This document shows positions 37,901 through 50,400 of a stretch of DNA of 64,000 bases, piece after piece; within the stretch, counting starts at the first letter, position 1; every line of letters starts with the position of its first letter. The notes beneath the pieces were generated by a model, which was given only the letters and a program-made list of their open reading frames with translations, was not told the origin of the DNA and ran no database searches. Source of the DNA: Haliotis rubra (lineage: Eukaryota); assembly GCF_003918875.1 (NCBI RefSeq), contig NW_025767162.1, positions 558,001-622,000 of the forward strand, read 5' to 3'. Both the position numbers and the translations under genes were made by a program.

Positions 37901-40700
37901 CATAATTTTTCCGGGTTGATAAACGTTTGACAAAGAGTACGCCTTGACCTTTCATCTCAGAGACGATGTCAAGTTCCAACATATCTGCAAACTATCGATC
38001 ACGGTCTTTGATGATTCCCTTGCTCTTGTTTAATGTTTTATGAGCCGTGACTGTGGCCGGAACGCTGACAAACGATTCTGTACTCATAAGGTTGGTGGCT
38101 TGTTGCCTTTTCCCACATTCAACCAACAGAGCACCGGAACGTAAACGTTTAATATTCTTGACATCACCAGCAATGCGCCGTATACCCTTAGATATAGCAA
38201 AAGGGTTCAACTTCAATGGAGTCTTGTCAACAGTTTCAATAGCAAGAAATCGTGGCCAGTATTCAATGGACGTGGACAGTCTTTAATCATTATAAACTGG
38301 ATCAGTGTCTAGTGGACGTTTGGGTTTTGTTAGGGGGGTTTGGTAAGCCATGGTTAATTTTTCAAGGTTCATCATCCGATCTCCCCATCCACCACGGAGT
38401 ATCACAAGGACAATGCTAAAAACAAGCGGATCTGCGACTTGCAGCACCAAGGATACCCGGATGATATACTCCAGCAGAAAAATTAAAGATCCAGCAGATT
38501 GGCCCATGAGCCACCGCCTTCTGGACATACGACTCTAAGCAAAAACATACATGAAATTGTATATTTGAAATTTTGTGTTTAAAAAAATCATGGAATAATT
38601 CTCAAAATTTTGTGCAGTAGTACATATATGTAGCACATGGCTTGGCGTGACCAGCCGATTGATAGAACCGGGCCAGTTCTACCACCCGTGTAGGTGAAGT
38701 CAGGGGCGAAGTGGTGTGTTGGGCAAAGGAACGCTGTTCCTGGAACCAGTGCCCTCAACCACCAGACTCCCAACCACCAGACTCCCTTCCTCCAACGACA
38801 AAGGGGCGCAACCCACGGCAAACGGGCTGGTGGACCAAATATACCCCGGGTCCGCAACGGGGGGTTGAAGAGCGCTTAGCGTTACCCAGCACCCACCACG
38901 AGGAGGTGGCTCTTCACGGGTGCATATTGCCCTAAGTTAACGATGTACATGGTTGGTTGTTTGCCATAGTCCAGACTATAGTTTACTACCAACCCACTGA
39001 GATACAATGTTTGCCTAGTGGCCAAAGCGTCAGCTCATCACGCCGAAGACCAGGGTTCGATACCTCATATGTACATAATGTGTGAAGACCATCTCTGGTG
39101 TCCCCTGCATGTTGTTGCTGGAATATTAAAAGCGGCGTAAAATCCAATCACTCACTCAAGAAACCAAGAACTCAAGAAACCATGGAGAAGGTGGACATAG
39201 ATGTCCCACTTCAGAGAAAGAATAATGATTCCGAGCCGATCGTGATGCTGAGCTTCTGGCCCTAACCAGCAAGTAACATCATTTATTGCATTTTGTCTTT
39301 GGGGGATGGAAACACCAACATTCCTCTCAAGCCGATGATGATGCCTAGCTTCTGGCAGTAACTAGCAAGCAACATCATTTAATCTATTTTGGCATGAGTC
39401 GTGTGGGATTGACATTGTCCCCTACAAGACGAGGCAGAAGATGCCGATCTCGATTCATCCCCTTGAAGACTTAACACCTTCTGACTCATTACCGGAATGT
39501 TTTATTAAACTAAAACATCCGAATAATTATTGAATCGTTTGTAATCACATTCATGTTAGGAGTGAGTGAGTTTGGGTTTAATCCCACTTTGAACAGAGTT
39601 CCATTAATAGCATGACGTGTTGGCTCAAAGTGGAAGTAAGGATGCAGAACAGTTGCCACTTTGATGACTCTGACGACCAAGGCTGTGGTTCTGACAAACC
39701 TAGAAACATACTGGGGTCGAACCGGGATTCTAGCTCGCAGGTTAATGTCACACCCACTATACGAAACCTTGCTCGGACAAAAACTTGTAGTGTTTTCGAC
39801 GACTTGGTTACCTTGGCCTCTCCATGGAAGGAACGACAAATATTTGCTCGTTTTGTAATGAGGTACAGTAGTAAAAAACAGGACCACGTAAAATCCTTTT
39901 TCTATCTTGTTTACCTTTTCAAACGATTCCCAATGTTTTTGAATATCTTTTTATAATAAAATAGACCATAAGTTGCTAATATTTGTGTTTATACGATAAT
40001 ATTAGAATAGTATATATGCACTTTACACCTTTCTTATAATTTGTATAGGGGGCGGTGGGGTAGCCTAGTGGTTAAAGCTTTGGCTCGTCACGCCGAAGGC
40101 CCGGGTTCGATTCCCCACATGGGCACAATGTGTAAAGTCCATTTCTGGTGTCCCCCGCCGTGATATTACTGGAATATTGCTAAAAGCGGCGTAAAACTAA
40201 ACTCAGTCAGTCAGTCAGTATAATTTGTATATATTAAAGTCAGTTTTCTTACCGAACTTTCAAAGTAAAACATAAATTTACCACATTTTAAACGTAGTAT
40301 TTTCGTTCTTTTAACTGGCAGCTAAATTGGCCTACAATCGCCAGCGGCTGAAGGGATGGTGTAAATCCACTAGGGTCAATACAGGTAGCAAAAGTAATGT
40401 AAGTCCCCATGGTTCCTAGTATGGTGATCTCCCTTCAGTTGTTGGCGATCTACAACCCCTGTTTTATACTGTATTGTCTTCTTTAACTGTAATGTTTTAG
40501 CTTTGCTTGCTAGTTTTATATTCATATCTGTGATTCTCTAGTATTTTTACTGTCCATCGCCGACAGGTATTAACTTTCCAAATGTTTTCTATTATTATTG
40601 TCTTAATTGTTTTCGTCACGATATGGCTGAGATATTGCCGATGTGACGTTAAATATTAACTCACTCACTCACTCACTCAGTTTTCTTACCGTATGTTCAT
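31988..40700 (-). CDS. GH26 beta-mannanase-like copy 5 (subtype B), intact, ~402 aa; exons 40700-40690, 33572-33335, 32947-31988
   Basis: Minus strand: ATGAACATACG|gtaag; ttcaacag|T gives MNIRNIPVIALVFLATTQC|EPID; GGT|gtaagt; tttcag|GAG. RPLHELNGGWFWWG, YPGDDFVDIMGTDFY, PALTETG. 1209 nt in frame. Intron 1 contains a 5.2-kb LINE. Confidence 0.9.
33741..38924 (-). mobile_element. Full-length but decayed non-LTR retrotransposon (I/Nimb-type; ORF1 gag-like, ORF2 APE-RT-RNase H) in intron 1 of GH26 copy 5
   Basis: ORF1 from ~38351 with CTNCDGDHPSYSKNC zinc knuckle; APE motifs IMGDLNGHN and SDHFP; RT GVQQDSILS...FVDD; RNase H SIFTAEANAI and IFSDS; (ACTC)n tail; TSD tatggccctaag 33729-33740 / tattgccctaag 38925-38936; many frameshifts. 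Confidence 0.9.
40048..40218 (+). mobile_element. Short (~170 bp) tRNA-derived SINE (family S); other copies ~11147-11306, 11670-11845, 14113-14283, 14866-15020, 16237-16375(-), 39010-39158, 54488-54649
   Basis: ggggcggtggggtagcctagtggttaaagc...gggttcgattcccc head, LINE-like tail ...gcggcgtaaaactaaactca; TSD tataatttgtata at 40035-40047 and 40219-40231. Confidence 0.85.
40255..40676 (+). mobile_element. 3'-UTR fragment of the I/Nimb-type LINE with 15-bp TSD (other fragments ~20340-20860, 56036-56290, 60436-60845, 61307-61492)
   Basis: Matches the LINE 3' end and ends in (ACTC)n; TSD tcagttttcttaccg at 40240-40254 and 40677-40691. The 61307-61492 copy has TSD ttcagcagaatggg. Confidence 0.85.
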
Positions 40701-42771
40701 GCTTCCAATAGGCAACTGTTTCATGCGTTGCATTCCATTTAGGTGTTATTTATATGTGAATATATGTTGATAAGATTAAATTTAGGTTATCAGTTTTATC
40801 AGGTTATGACATTATTTTTTAAAATGGTTGGTCATATTTCTTATCTGTATTTTAGGGTAGGGCTGAAGTTCCATAGGTGTACATTTAACCACAACCAGCT
40901 GTTAAGTTCCTGATCCCTGAAAGGTTGTGCCCTCTTGTTATCCAAATGTCAACTCTACATGGGTTCTAACCGCAGGTTCATCCGAATTAAGATGCTTTGT
41001 CTATCGTAACTCTTGTAGTTTTTCCCCCCTGCTAGGAGTTAGGAATTTGCTTGCTAGCGAACCCTAGCCCCCTATTATATTATGCTGTTACTAAATATTT
41101 TATTATTTTGAAAGCACGTTGTAAAAGATATGTGATAATGAAGTTATTATATTTTTCTTTGAAGACAGGCTGTTTTACAGTCTAAAAATATGTGTTATTC
41201 ACGTACGATTTTGTTTCGTGACGACATGTCTGAATTGTATCTCACTTACTCATTCTTGTGGGCTTCGGAGTTGTTTCCTTTGGCACATCAGTTTTACCGA
41301 TCACGGTTCTGATTGGTCTGTCATCTGCCCTAATGGGAGTAACACTTTAACGGTAAACGATCGACACCTAAATCTCTTCCACAGTAACTGACACGCAGTG
41401 ATATAACTGGAATGTTGTTCTTAAAACCATCTCGTTCCCTCAAAAGAGTTCTTAAAATGTAACTTACTGTACAGAAGATGCCTTTTTAGATCAATTATTA
41501 TATTTTCCTTGAATTACCATAAGTCTTGAACATTTCCTCATTATCCTAAGAACCTAACCATTTGATTCTACTGGATAAAAATATTTACATAGCGAAATAA
41601 ATCAAAACATATTTTAAGAGATGCTTATAAAGAGAACATGCAGGCCCGACGTCAAGCCATAATATACCTGTGTTTTAAAACATTACCGTCATTTTATATT
41701 TTAGGTCTTATCCTAACGTCCCAACTGTCATATAATCCCTGAAGAAATTAATGGAACATGTAGGAATGAAATTGGCTCTGTATGTATGTGTGTGTGTGTG
41801 CGTGCGTGCGTGCGTTCATGCGTGCGTATGTGTGTGTGTGTGTGTCGTCGCTCATTCAGTAACCAGAAACTTTCTTCATTGATGATCACTGGATTGACTG
41901 GTCCAGACTCGATTATTTTCAGACCGCCACCATATAGCTGGAATATTGCTGAGTGCGGCGTAAAACTTAACTCACTCATTCACTCTTAATTAAAATAATG
42001 AAAAATAAAGATCAAATATGAATAAATGCATCAATACTTTATTTTGATGGTCTTTCCCTAGTGAGTCATATTTACTGGAATATGTATTTGATATATCACT
42101 ATTGAGTACAGTGTACTTTCAAGTTTTATACTTTAATGTTTTACATATGATTTAAATGTATAACTTGTGTAAGTCATAAAGTGGTTACAATATTGTTAAC
42201 GTGATGTGATATATTGTAGCTCATTCCCTTTTCAATCCCCCTGGATGCCAGAGGGACATTTATGTCCTTCCTCTTTAAAGTTCACTTTAAGGTCTAATTC
42301 TACAGTAAATATATCACGCACACAAATATACTTCACAGTTTAGGATTCTGGGGAAAATGTCCTGAATCTTGATACCATCACTATTATCTTAGATAAAGCT
42401 AACGTGTTGAAAATAGCTTATGATATAGCTTATGATAATTTTGAAACAGAACAGAACAGAACTTAGTTTATTTCATTCTGTAACGTTGCCTATGAACCTA
42501 GAATCGGTTGGAATGTTTTCGAAAATACACTGATACGAACGCCAAAGTGCGCGTTCCGTGAGCGCCAGTACTGAGACTCCCCTTACATCACGTATATTTC
42601 ACACTCAGCTGCTGTAAATGCATCACTGAATTCCTCAGGCATTTTAGAATCAAACTACAAATGGTCTTTGTAATAAATACCAAGAGTCTAGGTGAAATGA
42701 AACAAAAGATTTTTTCTCAAACTGTCAGACACCCATTAGTCTATTCGTAGCATGCATAGGCTCAATACTTA

Positions 42772-43360
42772 TAGAATATGCTTGGAAAGAACATCCTAAC
42801 AACAAATAGCGAATTACAAATAAATACTACACAGTAATGTGATATGTTTATGGGGGGAAATATGTACTTTTAGAATATACATGGAAAGAGAATCCTAACA
42901 ACAAATAGCAAATTACAAATAAATACTACACAGTAATGTGATATGTTTATGAGGGGAAATATGTACTTTTAGAATATGCATGGAAAGAGAATCCTAACAA
43001 CAAATAGCAAATAACAAGTAAATACTACACAGTAATGTGATATGTTTATGAGGGGAAATATGTACTTTTAGAATATGCATGGAAAGAGCATCCTAACAAC
43101 AAATAGCAAATAACAAGTAAATACTACACAGTAATGTGATATGTTTATGGGGGAAATATGTACTTTTAGAATATGCATGGAAAGAGCATCCTAACAACAA
43201 ATAGCAAATTACAAATAAATACTACACAGTAATGTGATATGTTTATGGGGGGAAATATGTACTTTTAGAATATGCATGGAAAGAGAATCCTTACAACAAA
43301 TAGCAAATTACAAATAGATACTACACAGTTATGTGATGGAAATGTGGAGGGAAATATGTA
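42772..43360. repeat. ~99-bp tandem repeat x6 next to assembly gap
   Basis: Unit tagaatatgcatggaaagagaatcctaacaacaaatagc...ggggaaatatgtacttt. Confidence 0.92.
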
Positions 43361-43482
43361 CATCTGTATGATCCCCAGGGAGTTGAGATTGACAATACGA
43401 TGTTCCGTTGAGATTGACATCCAGTGAACGAGGGAAAAACAAAGCGCCTTTGAGCAGCTGAGCTGAGCTGGATATCGGCGCT

Positions 43483-43725
43483 NNNNNNNNNNNNNNNNNN
43501 NNNNNNNNNNNNNNNNNNNNNNNNNNNNNNNNNNNNNNNNNNNNNNNNNNNNNNNNNNNNNNNNNNNNNNNNNNNNNNNNNNNNNNNNNNNNNNNNNNNN
43601 NNNNNNNNNNNNNNNNNNNNNNNNNNNNNNNNNNNNNNNNNNNNNNNNNNNNNNNNNNNNNNNNNNNNNNNNNNNNNNNNNNNNNNNNNNNNNNNNNNNN
43701 NNNNNNNNNNNNNNNNNNNNNNNNN
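43483..43725. other. Assembly gap (243 N)
   Basis: Run of N. Confidence 1.
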
Positions 43726-44439
43726 CGAATGTATTCGTTTTTGCTTCGACATGATCGAATACACGAATTTTAACCCGCTTCACATTATAATAATAAGCCG
43801 ATAATATTTGAAATAGTCCATGTGATTAGTGGACATGTCAGGCCACCGTGGCTAAATACTGTCTCTGATAATTTCAAGCAATGGGAATATATCTGAACTC
43901 TGCATGCCTTCATACAGTTAATTGTGTAATTGTGATGATTATATTAATAATAAAATACTCGTCTCCAGGTTCTCCTTCGTCCTGGTATCAGGACACCCAT
44001 CCCGAATGGATACCAAGTTGAAACAATGACAAGGGTTCTCGTTTCTTCCGTCTCCAGGGAAACTAATCATGTTTAATGTTTATCATGTATGTATATTTCT
44101 TATGTAACTGACTTGTCACACTTAAATATAATGTTTCTGCCTATTTGTCTGTCTGGTCATTTGGACAGTTCTGATTTGTCTAGTAGTAGAAATCCCTGGT
44201 AGTTGAATTAAGGATTTTGAAATTAAGGGGTGCTCGGTTAATTGACTTTTGCTGTAGTGTGTAACACAGATTTTCTCCCCAATCCTAAATTATTTACATC
44301 ATATACATTGTACTGACCTCTTGATTTCCAAGATTTATTTTTGAACACTGTTTAAGATAGAATGTTTACGCACCAGTGCATTTGCTACATGAGTGTTACT
44401 GAAATATATGTAATTAGCCAAATAACTGGTGTTCTTTGT

Positions 44440-47130
44440 CATTTAGGAGCGCAAGGGAGCATCAACACTCTGGAACCTGCGGTTTGATCTAGAAGAGGGA
44501 CTTTGTGAGGAAGAATCAGAGATAGAACCAGTAGATCAGGACCATAATATTACACCCAAGCAGGAACGTAAACGTTGCAAAACTGAAATCGACAATTCTT
44601 AAATCAGAAAATGAATCTTTAAAACATGAGAATAATGGACCTGAGAAGATAGTTTATAAAATGAAAGTAAATAACACTGTACACTTTGAAGGTGATGATG
44701 ATAACGTACGATATTATACTGGCCTGCCTCCTTTTGTAACACTAATGGCATTGCTCAATCTAGTATCATTACATTCATCGTTGTTTCAAAAGTAAATTAT
44801 TACATTAATGAGACTGAATGGTTTGATCTGGAAGAAAATTTCCAGGACATTTAATCAGGTTATGAATGTCTTGTACATCAACTTGAACAACTTGTGTTCT
44901 GGCCAGATAGAGAGCATTTATGGAAAACAAGGGCAATGGTATTCAGAAGGTATTTTGCACGCAGAGTGTCTGTTCCTATAGACTGTTTTCAGATTTTTAT
45001 TGATAGACCATCAATTCTGACAGTTTGACATGGTCAACGTACAAGCATCATAATACTGTAACATGTCGCCTTGGCATTACTCCCCAAGGTTCTGTAAGTT
45101 ACATTTCTGAGGGATGGGGAAGTCGTGTTAGTGATAAGTGTTTGACAAATAAAAGTAATTTCACCAACTATCTTCTCCATGGTGATATTGTATTAGCAGA
45201 TAGAGGCTTTGATGTACAAGACAGTATTGGTTCTGTAGGAGCGGAGTTAAGGGCTCCAGCATTTACAAGAGGTAAGCCACAGCCGAGTATCGCTGAAGTA
45301 GAGGAAAGACTTCATGTGGAAAGGGTTATTGGTAATGGCCGTCAGAAATATATGATACTCAGCAGCAATATTCCCATTGATTACCTAATGACAAAGAATA
45401 ATGAAATTGAAACTGTACGTGTACAAAACAATTCCTTGTCAACACTTTCTGGAGCAAACCCTTTCACGTGTGTTCAGGAAGTGTCGTGCAACAATCTACA
45501 CAGAGTAACAGATGTGTAGAACAGCATTGCCTGGTCAGCTACTGGTTTCCAGAATGCCATACAAGGTGTAATTCTTTTCACAAATATATCATTGTTTGTA
45601 CAAACAACAAAGTAACAGTATTCATGATTAGTTACAAATATTTGTGTTTGCACCCGGTGATAAAACTTAATTTCACCTGTACCATCGTGCAATATCCAAT
45701 CAATGTCTGAGTGCACACGAACATGTGTTTTTCATGGAGGCCGCCCTCATGGATGACCTTTCTGCACTAAGCATGCAGAGCTAATTTTTGAACGAAACTA
45801 CTGAATGACTTTCAAAATTGCATGGATCAAAGGCCCTATAAGGGAGATAACTCCAATTACTCCATGGGGCACACTAGATACCAGGAAGTAAAATGTATCA
45901 TATATGATACGTGGGGCACTAGAGGGTTAATTGCAGTGAAGCATTAACCCCTCTTTGTAAACTGTCATCAAAGTTATCCTTTGCACAGAATGGACACTTA
46001 ATCTCAAGACAGCCTCTTCTACAACAACCACAGTTAACAATACCATCAGGAGTTGCACCAAGATGTGGATACTCACAGCTGAGGAATAAGCCACATTCCT
46101 GAATACTGAAGTTATGGTGACGCTCAGTAAATACTTTCTCATAGGTGTCCCTAGCTGTTACTCCGTGGCTACATCCCCATCTCGTAGCTCGCCAGACAGT
46201 GATGTACGGACACTCTTCATCTTTGATTCTGTTTTACACCCAGGTCTGAACTGAAACCAAACTGGGAAACACGCTTGGTTTCTTGTTGCTGCTTCAACTG
46301 CCAATACCTCCTCTGCTGTCATGCTTAGATTATTTATAACGTGGTGTCAGTGTTGTAAAACGTCATCATATCGGATGCCAACCATACATTAACAAGAATT
46401 TGTTTGATGTACTGATTAACTGTCATATCTTTATGACTCATGAGTGGAATATGGCTCTTCACGCCATCACACTCAGACGCTGAATCTGAAGATATGTTGA
46501 ACGCAGCTCGGCACAAAACGTTCATATTGGGTGATGCCTTGTCTTTCATCCCGTGTTGGAGAAACTGAACCTAACTTATCACCAATTTTTCAGAATCTGC
46601 ACGTTCACGGTGTTGCTTCATCGCTTCCATTATAGTCGTCTCAATACAAGGACAAACACCGTCTAACACCGATCCCTCACAAACTGATTTCTGATGGTTT
46701 GGTCAGACTGTAGGTGGCATCAGCAGGTCGATGGCGTAGATGAAAGGCCCGGATATAGCGATCGTGTGCAGGGGTGTGACTCTCTGGTATTTCACTTCTC
46801 GACGATCACGGGTTGAACTGATACCGATACCGAGATATGGTGCTCTGGTACATTGACGTACAACTGCAGACTATTTTCTTCCTGCTTCAAGACGTCATCT
46901 GGCGATGTTACCATTCAGCCTCGCACACTCCCATTTCGACAAACGTAAGTCGACAAACCTACATCAAAATGCTGACTAACGTTTGACCTCTTTTCGTCAT
47001 TTTCACTGCACAATGTTCTCAATGCGTTTCCCTAAAAGCTGGATTTGACCATACAGTCGTATCAAGTACATTTCTCACCCATTTCCAGCCACCTTTAAAC
47101 ACAATGCATGAAGCCCCAAATCATCGTTGG
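44440..47130. mobile_element. Decayed ISL2EU/Harbinger-type transposon: DDE_Tnp_4-like transposase (+) and convergent YqaJ-like exonuclease remnant (-); ends approximate
   Basis: [50 protein letters not shown] at 45025-45400; minus-strand YHRVQTQIFVTNHEYCYFVV at ~45660-45600 and ATRWGCSHG..ARDTYEK at ~46190-46135. Confidence 0.65.
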
Positions 47131-47422
47131 TTTGGCCTCATTATGTTTCATTTTTTGGCGCACTGTAATCGTGTTCGCGCTTTCCTCCTACAGTGAGCTG
47201 ACGTATAACTGGAATACACTTAAGCTGTGTTAAACCAAACTCCCTCATCCTCGCTATTGCTGACAAAAATCTTTCATTTGAACCGTAAGCTACCCTTAAA
47301 ATGCAACCACAACATAATTGATTGTCTAACATTTATTGTTATGAACGAAAACCTATATCCTGGATATCATCAAATAAGAATAGGAATGGTTTTACACAAG
47401 AAATAGCATTCTCAAATAAATA

Positions 47423-50400
47423 TCAGTTGTACATACCACCGATCTGGTTTGCAAATATAGTCATAGGATCATTGAAGAAATTGTTCCTAAAGTCTGCTTC
47501 GGCAGGATGTCCCTTGTAAGGAATCCAGAGCTGGCATTTGTGGTTTCCAGAACAGCGGTTGGCCCATGCCAGAATGTAAGCTATCCTTGCTGCTTTAGAA
47601 TCGGTTTTCAAGATGTCTAGGATGTGGTCGTTCCAGAAGTTATGTACAGAATCAATACCATTCTGCATGATGCCTGTTTCTGTCAGTGCTGGAATCTTAT
47701 CCCTTGCCTCTGCTATGTCCACCAAATCATCCAAGGTTCTCTTCAGATCAGAGACTGGAGGCTGGTTTGGATGCATGTAGTAGAAGTCAGTGCCCATGAT
47801 ATCGACGAAGTCGTCTCCTGGATACACCTTAAGGTAGTCATCTTTAGTCTTGAACTTATCTGGGCTGATGCAATACAGAATATTGTGGACACCTCTTGTA
47901 TCTCTTAAGTATGTCACGATATACTTGTACAGGTCTTTCAGATCATCCGCCGTATTCTGAGTTTGGGGAGAGAGGCCCCACCAAAACCATCCTCCGTTTT
48001 GTTCGTGAAGAGGTCGGTAGATAAATGGAATTAGATTATCACTGGAGTCGGTTAGGTTGAGAGCCCAGTCAGCAATCTTGTCCAGGTTCTCCTTGTATTT
48101 CAGGTTATGGTCTCCTCCAGGGAGGATTCTTTTAACTGTATGAAGAACATCCCCTGAATCTTGATTCACCCATGGAGCCCCACCAGTGACGGGGTTGTTG
48201 AGATGCTGGGAAAGGGTAATAACTTGGCCTCTTGCATGAGCAAGCTTGGCCAAGTAGGTTGTGGTCACGGTCTGGTCATCTTGAAATTGAGAAAAGTCAA
48301 AACTAGACACAGCTGGGTATTGTCCTGTTACACCTTTGGTGTCCGACAACTCATCGGGATAGCCAGACAGTGCCTGTTTCTCCTGAAAAAAATATCTTTA
48401 GTTTTTGACAAATTTAAATAGAAACAGACATTCGAGAACGGCCAGTCTAGATTGCCGCACGGAAAATGTATTTCATTGGGACCCGAAGGCAGTTTACTGG
48501 CGATAATTACATAAATCCGTAATAATCACGAAACATATGAAACAGTCCTTTTCCAGTGATAACTCATTATGGATATGAAAAAATGTCACTTGGTATAAAA
48601 ACAAAACAATTATATTGGCTTAGATGTGCATCAAAATGCATTGCCTCGAATCCAAAAAAGGTACACAGTTAATGATAATGTAATGCTGGCGTAATGTCCT
48701 GATGAATACAGTCAAAAACTGAAGTTGAAGGAACCCACGTGAACGCCTCGCGAGATCAGAGATTTTAAGGGAATATATATTAATGGACACGCTTGTGATT
48801 TACTATACGATATGCCGTAGGAAACACAATATATCTATGGGATTTCTCTTTGTTAGATTCCCGTCCCATGGATATTGAACCCTTGAAGATCCGGGTTAGA
48901 ATTGATCTTCAGTAGCCCATGCTTGTCGTAAGAGGCGACTGACGGCATCGGGTGGTCAGGCTCGCTGACATGGTTGACACATGTCATCATATCCCAATTC
49001 CGTAGATCGATGCTCAGGATGTTAATCACTGCATTGGCTGGTCTAGACTCGATTATTTACAGACCGCCGCCATATAGGTGGGATAATGCGGCGTAAAAAT
49101 ACACTCACTCACTCATGGATATTTCGAAGACCTACCGAAAAGGTGTATCCGTGCACATTGCCGTCGTGACTCAGCGTCTGAAACAGGTATGGAGGATGCC
49201 CTCCCTGAGCCCCCAGCATTGTGTCAAAATGATGACCAAACATCACCTTGGAGGAGTTCCTAGCCAGGGCTTTGATGTTCTTGTACAGATTTTTAGTCTC
49301 CACAGTAGCATGCTGATCAATTGGCTCACACTGCGTCGTTGTGAGAAAGACGAGAGCTATAACCGGTATGTTCCTGTTGAAAAATAACAGTATTTTGGCA
49401 TTATGGACCATATGGATGCGCGGTGGTCTTTAAGATTAGTCAACCTACTTGTGTTGCTGATTGCATTCGATTGATGTAATGATCACCGATCCACGCCAAC
49501 GTGGATTTGTGAAATTGGGCTTAACGTAAAAGTTGTATTCCATATATAACGCCGTACATGGATGTGTTTGTATGACAGTACTAGTCCAAACTACGACAGT
49601 GATGCACGTGCTGCTGCATCAGTGACAAAAATTATGTCCGATGCAATCCCTATTTTGACTAGTATCATATTTTCCCGAATTATATCAGGTGAACAATGGA
49701 CTAGACTCTGCATACGTTTAAGACGGGTGCCACCGGTGGGGCAAGATACGCTCACCTTTTCGCGAACACCTGGTATCATCACCATTTTAGTGATTCATAA
49801 GCACATGGTCTGTCATCGTATTACATCTAAATGATGCTGTCTGTAAACAAATTAGCTATCAAAGAGGTGGAATGAGATGAGGCTTATTGTCGTGTTCCAT
49901 GTTATTGCACTTATATAACGACGTACATTGATGCGTGTTTGTATTTTTCTACTAGTTCAGCACGTTTTATAGGGAGACACCATTTCGGTAAGGTAACCTT
50001 GTGGTTACAGTGTCCGCTTATTTGAATGATTGATTTAAATTATATATTTTATTTATTCACAAATATAAGGGATTGGGCACAGGTTATCCAACTTAAAATA
50101 CTCGCTCCCTAATATTTACATACGTGCATTTGCAATTTTATACATTTTAGGTAGGAATAGAGAGAAAGTATAAGGAAAGTTTAAGAGAGGATAAGAAGGG
50201 ACAACTTATATGATCACTCAAGAACCAAGTAACGTTAATGTCTCTCTTTGAGTGTACAGTTTAAAATCGCATACGAAGTGATGTATAATTTCACAAGCAT
50301 TTCCACAGTAACAAAAAGCAGAATCGTTCATGTTGAAACGATACAGGTCATACTTTAGCTAACCAGTCATATATCTCATATAACTATAATATTTAATTGT

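Noticed and set aside
43265-43783. ORFs of 172 and 147 aa
   Set aside because: Open only because they span the N gap.
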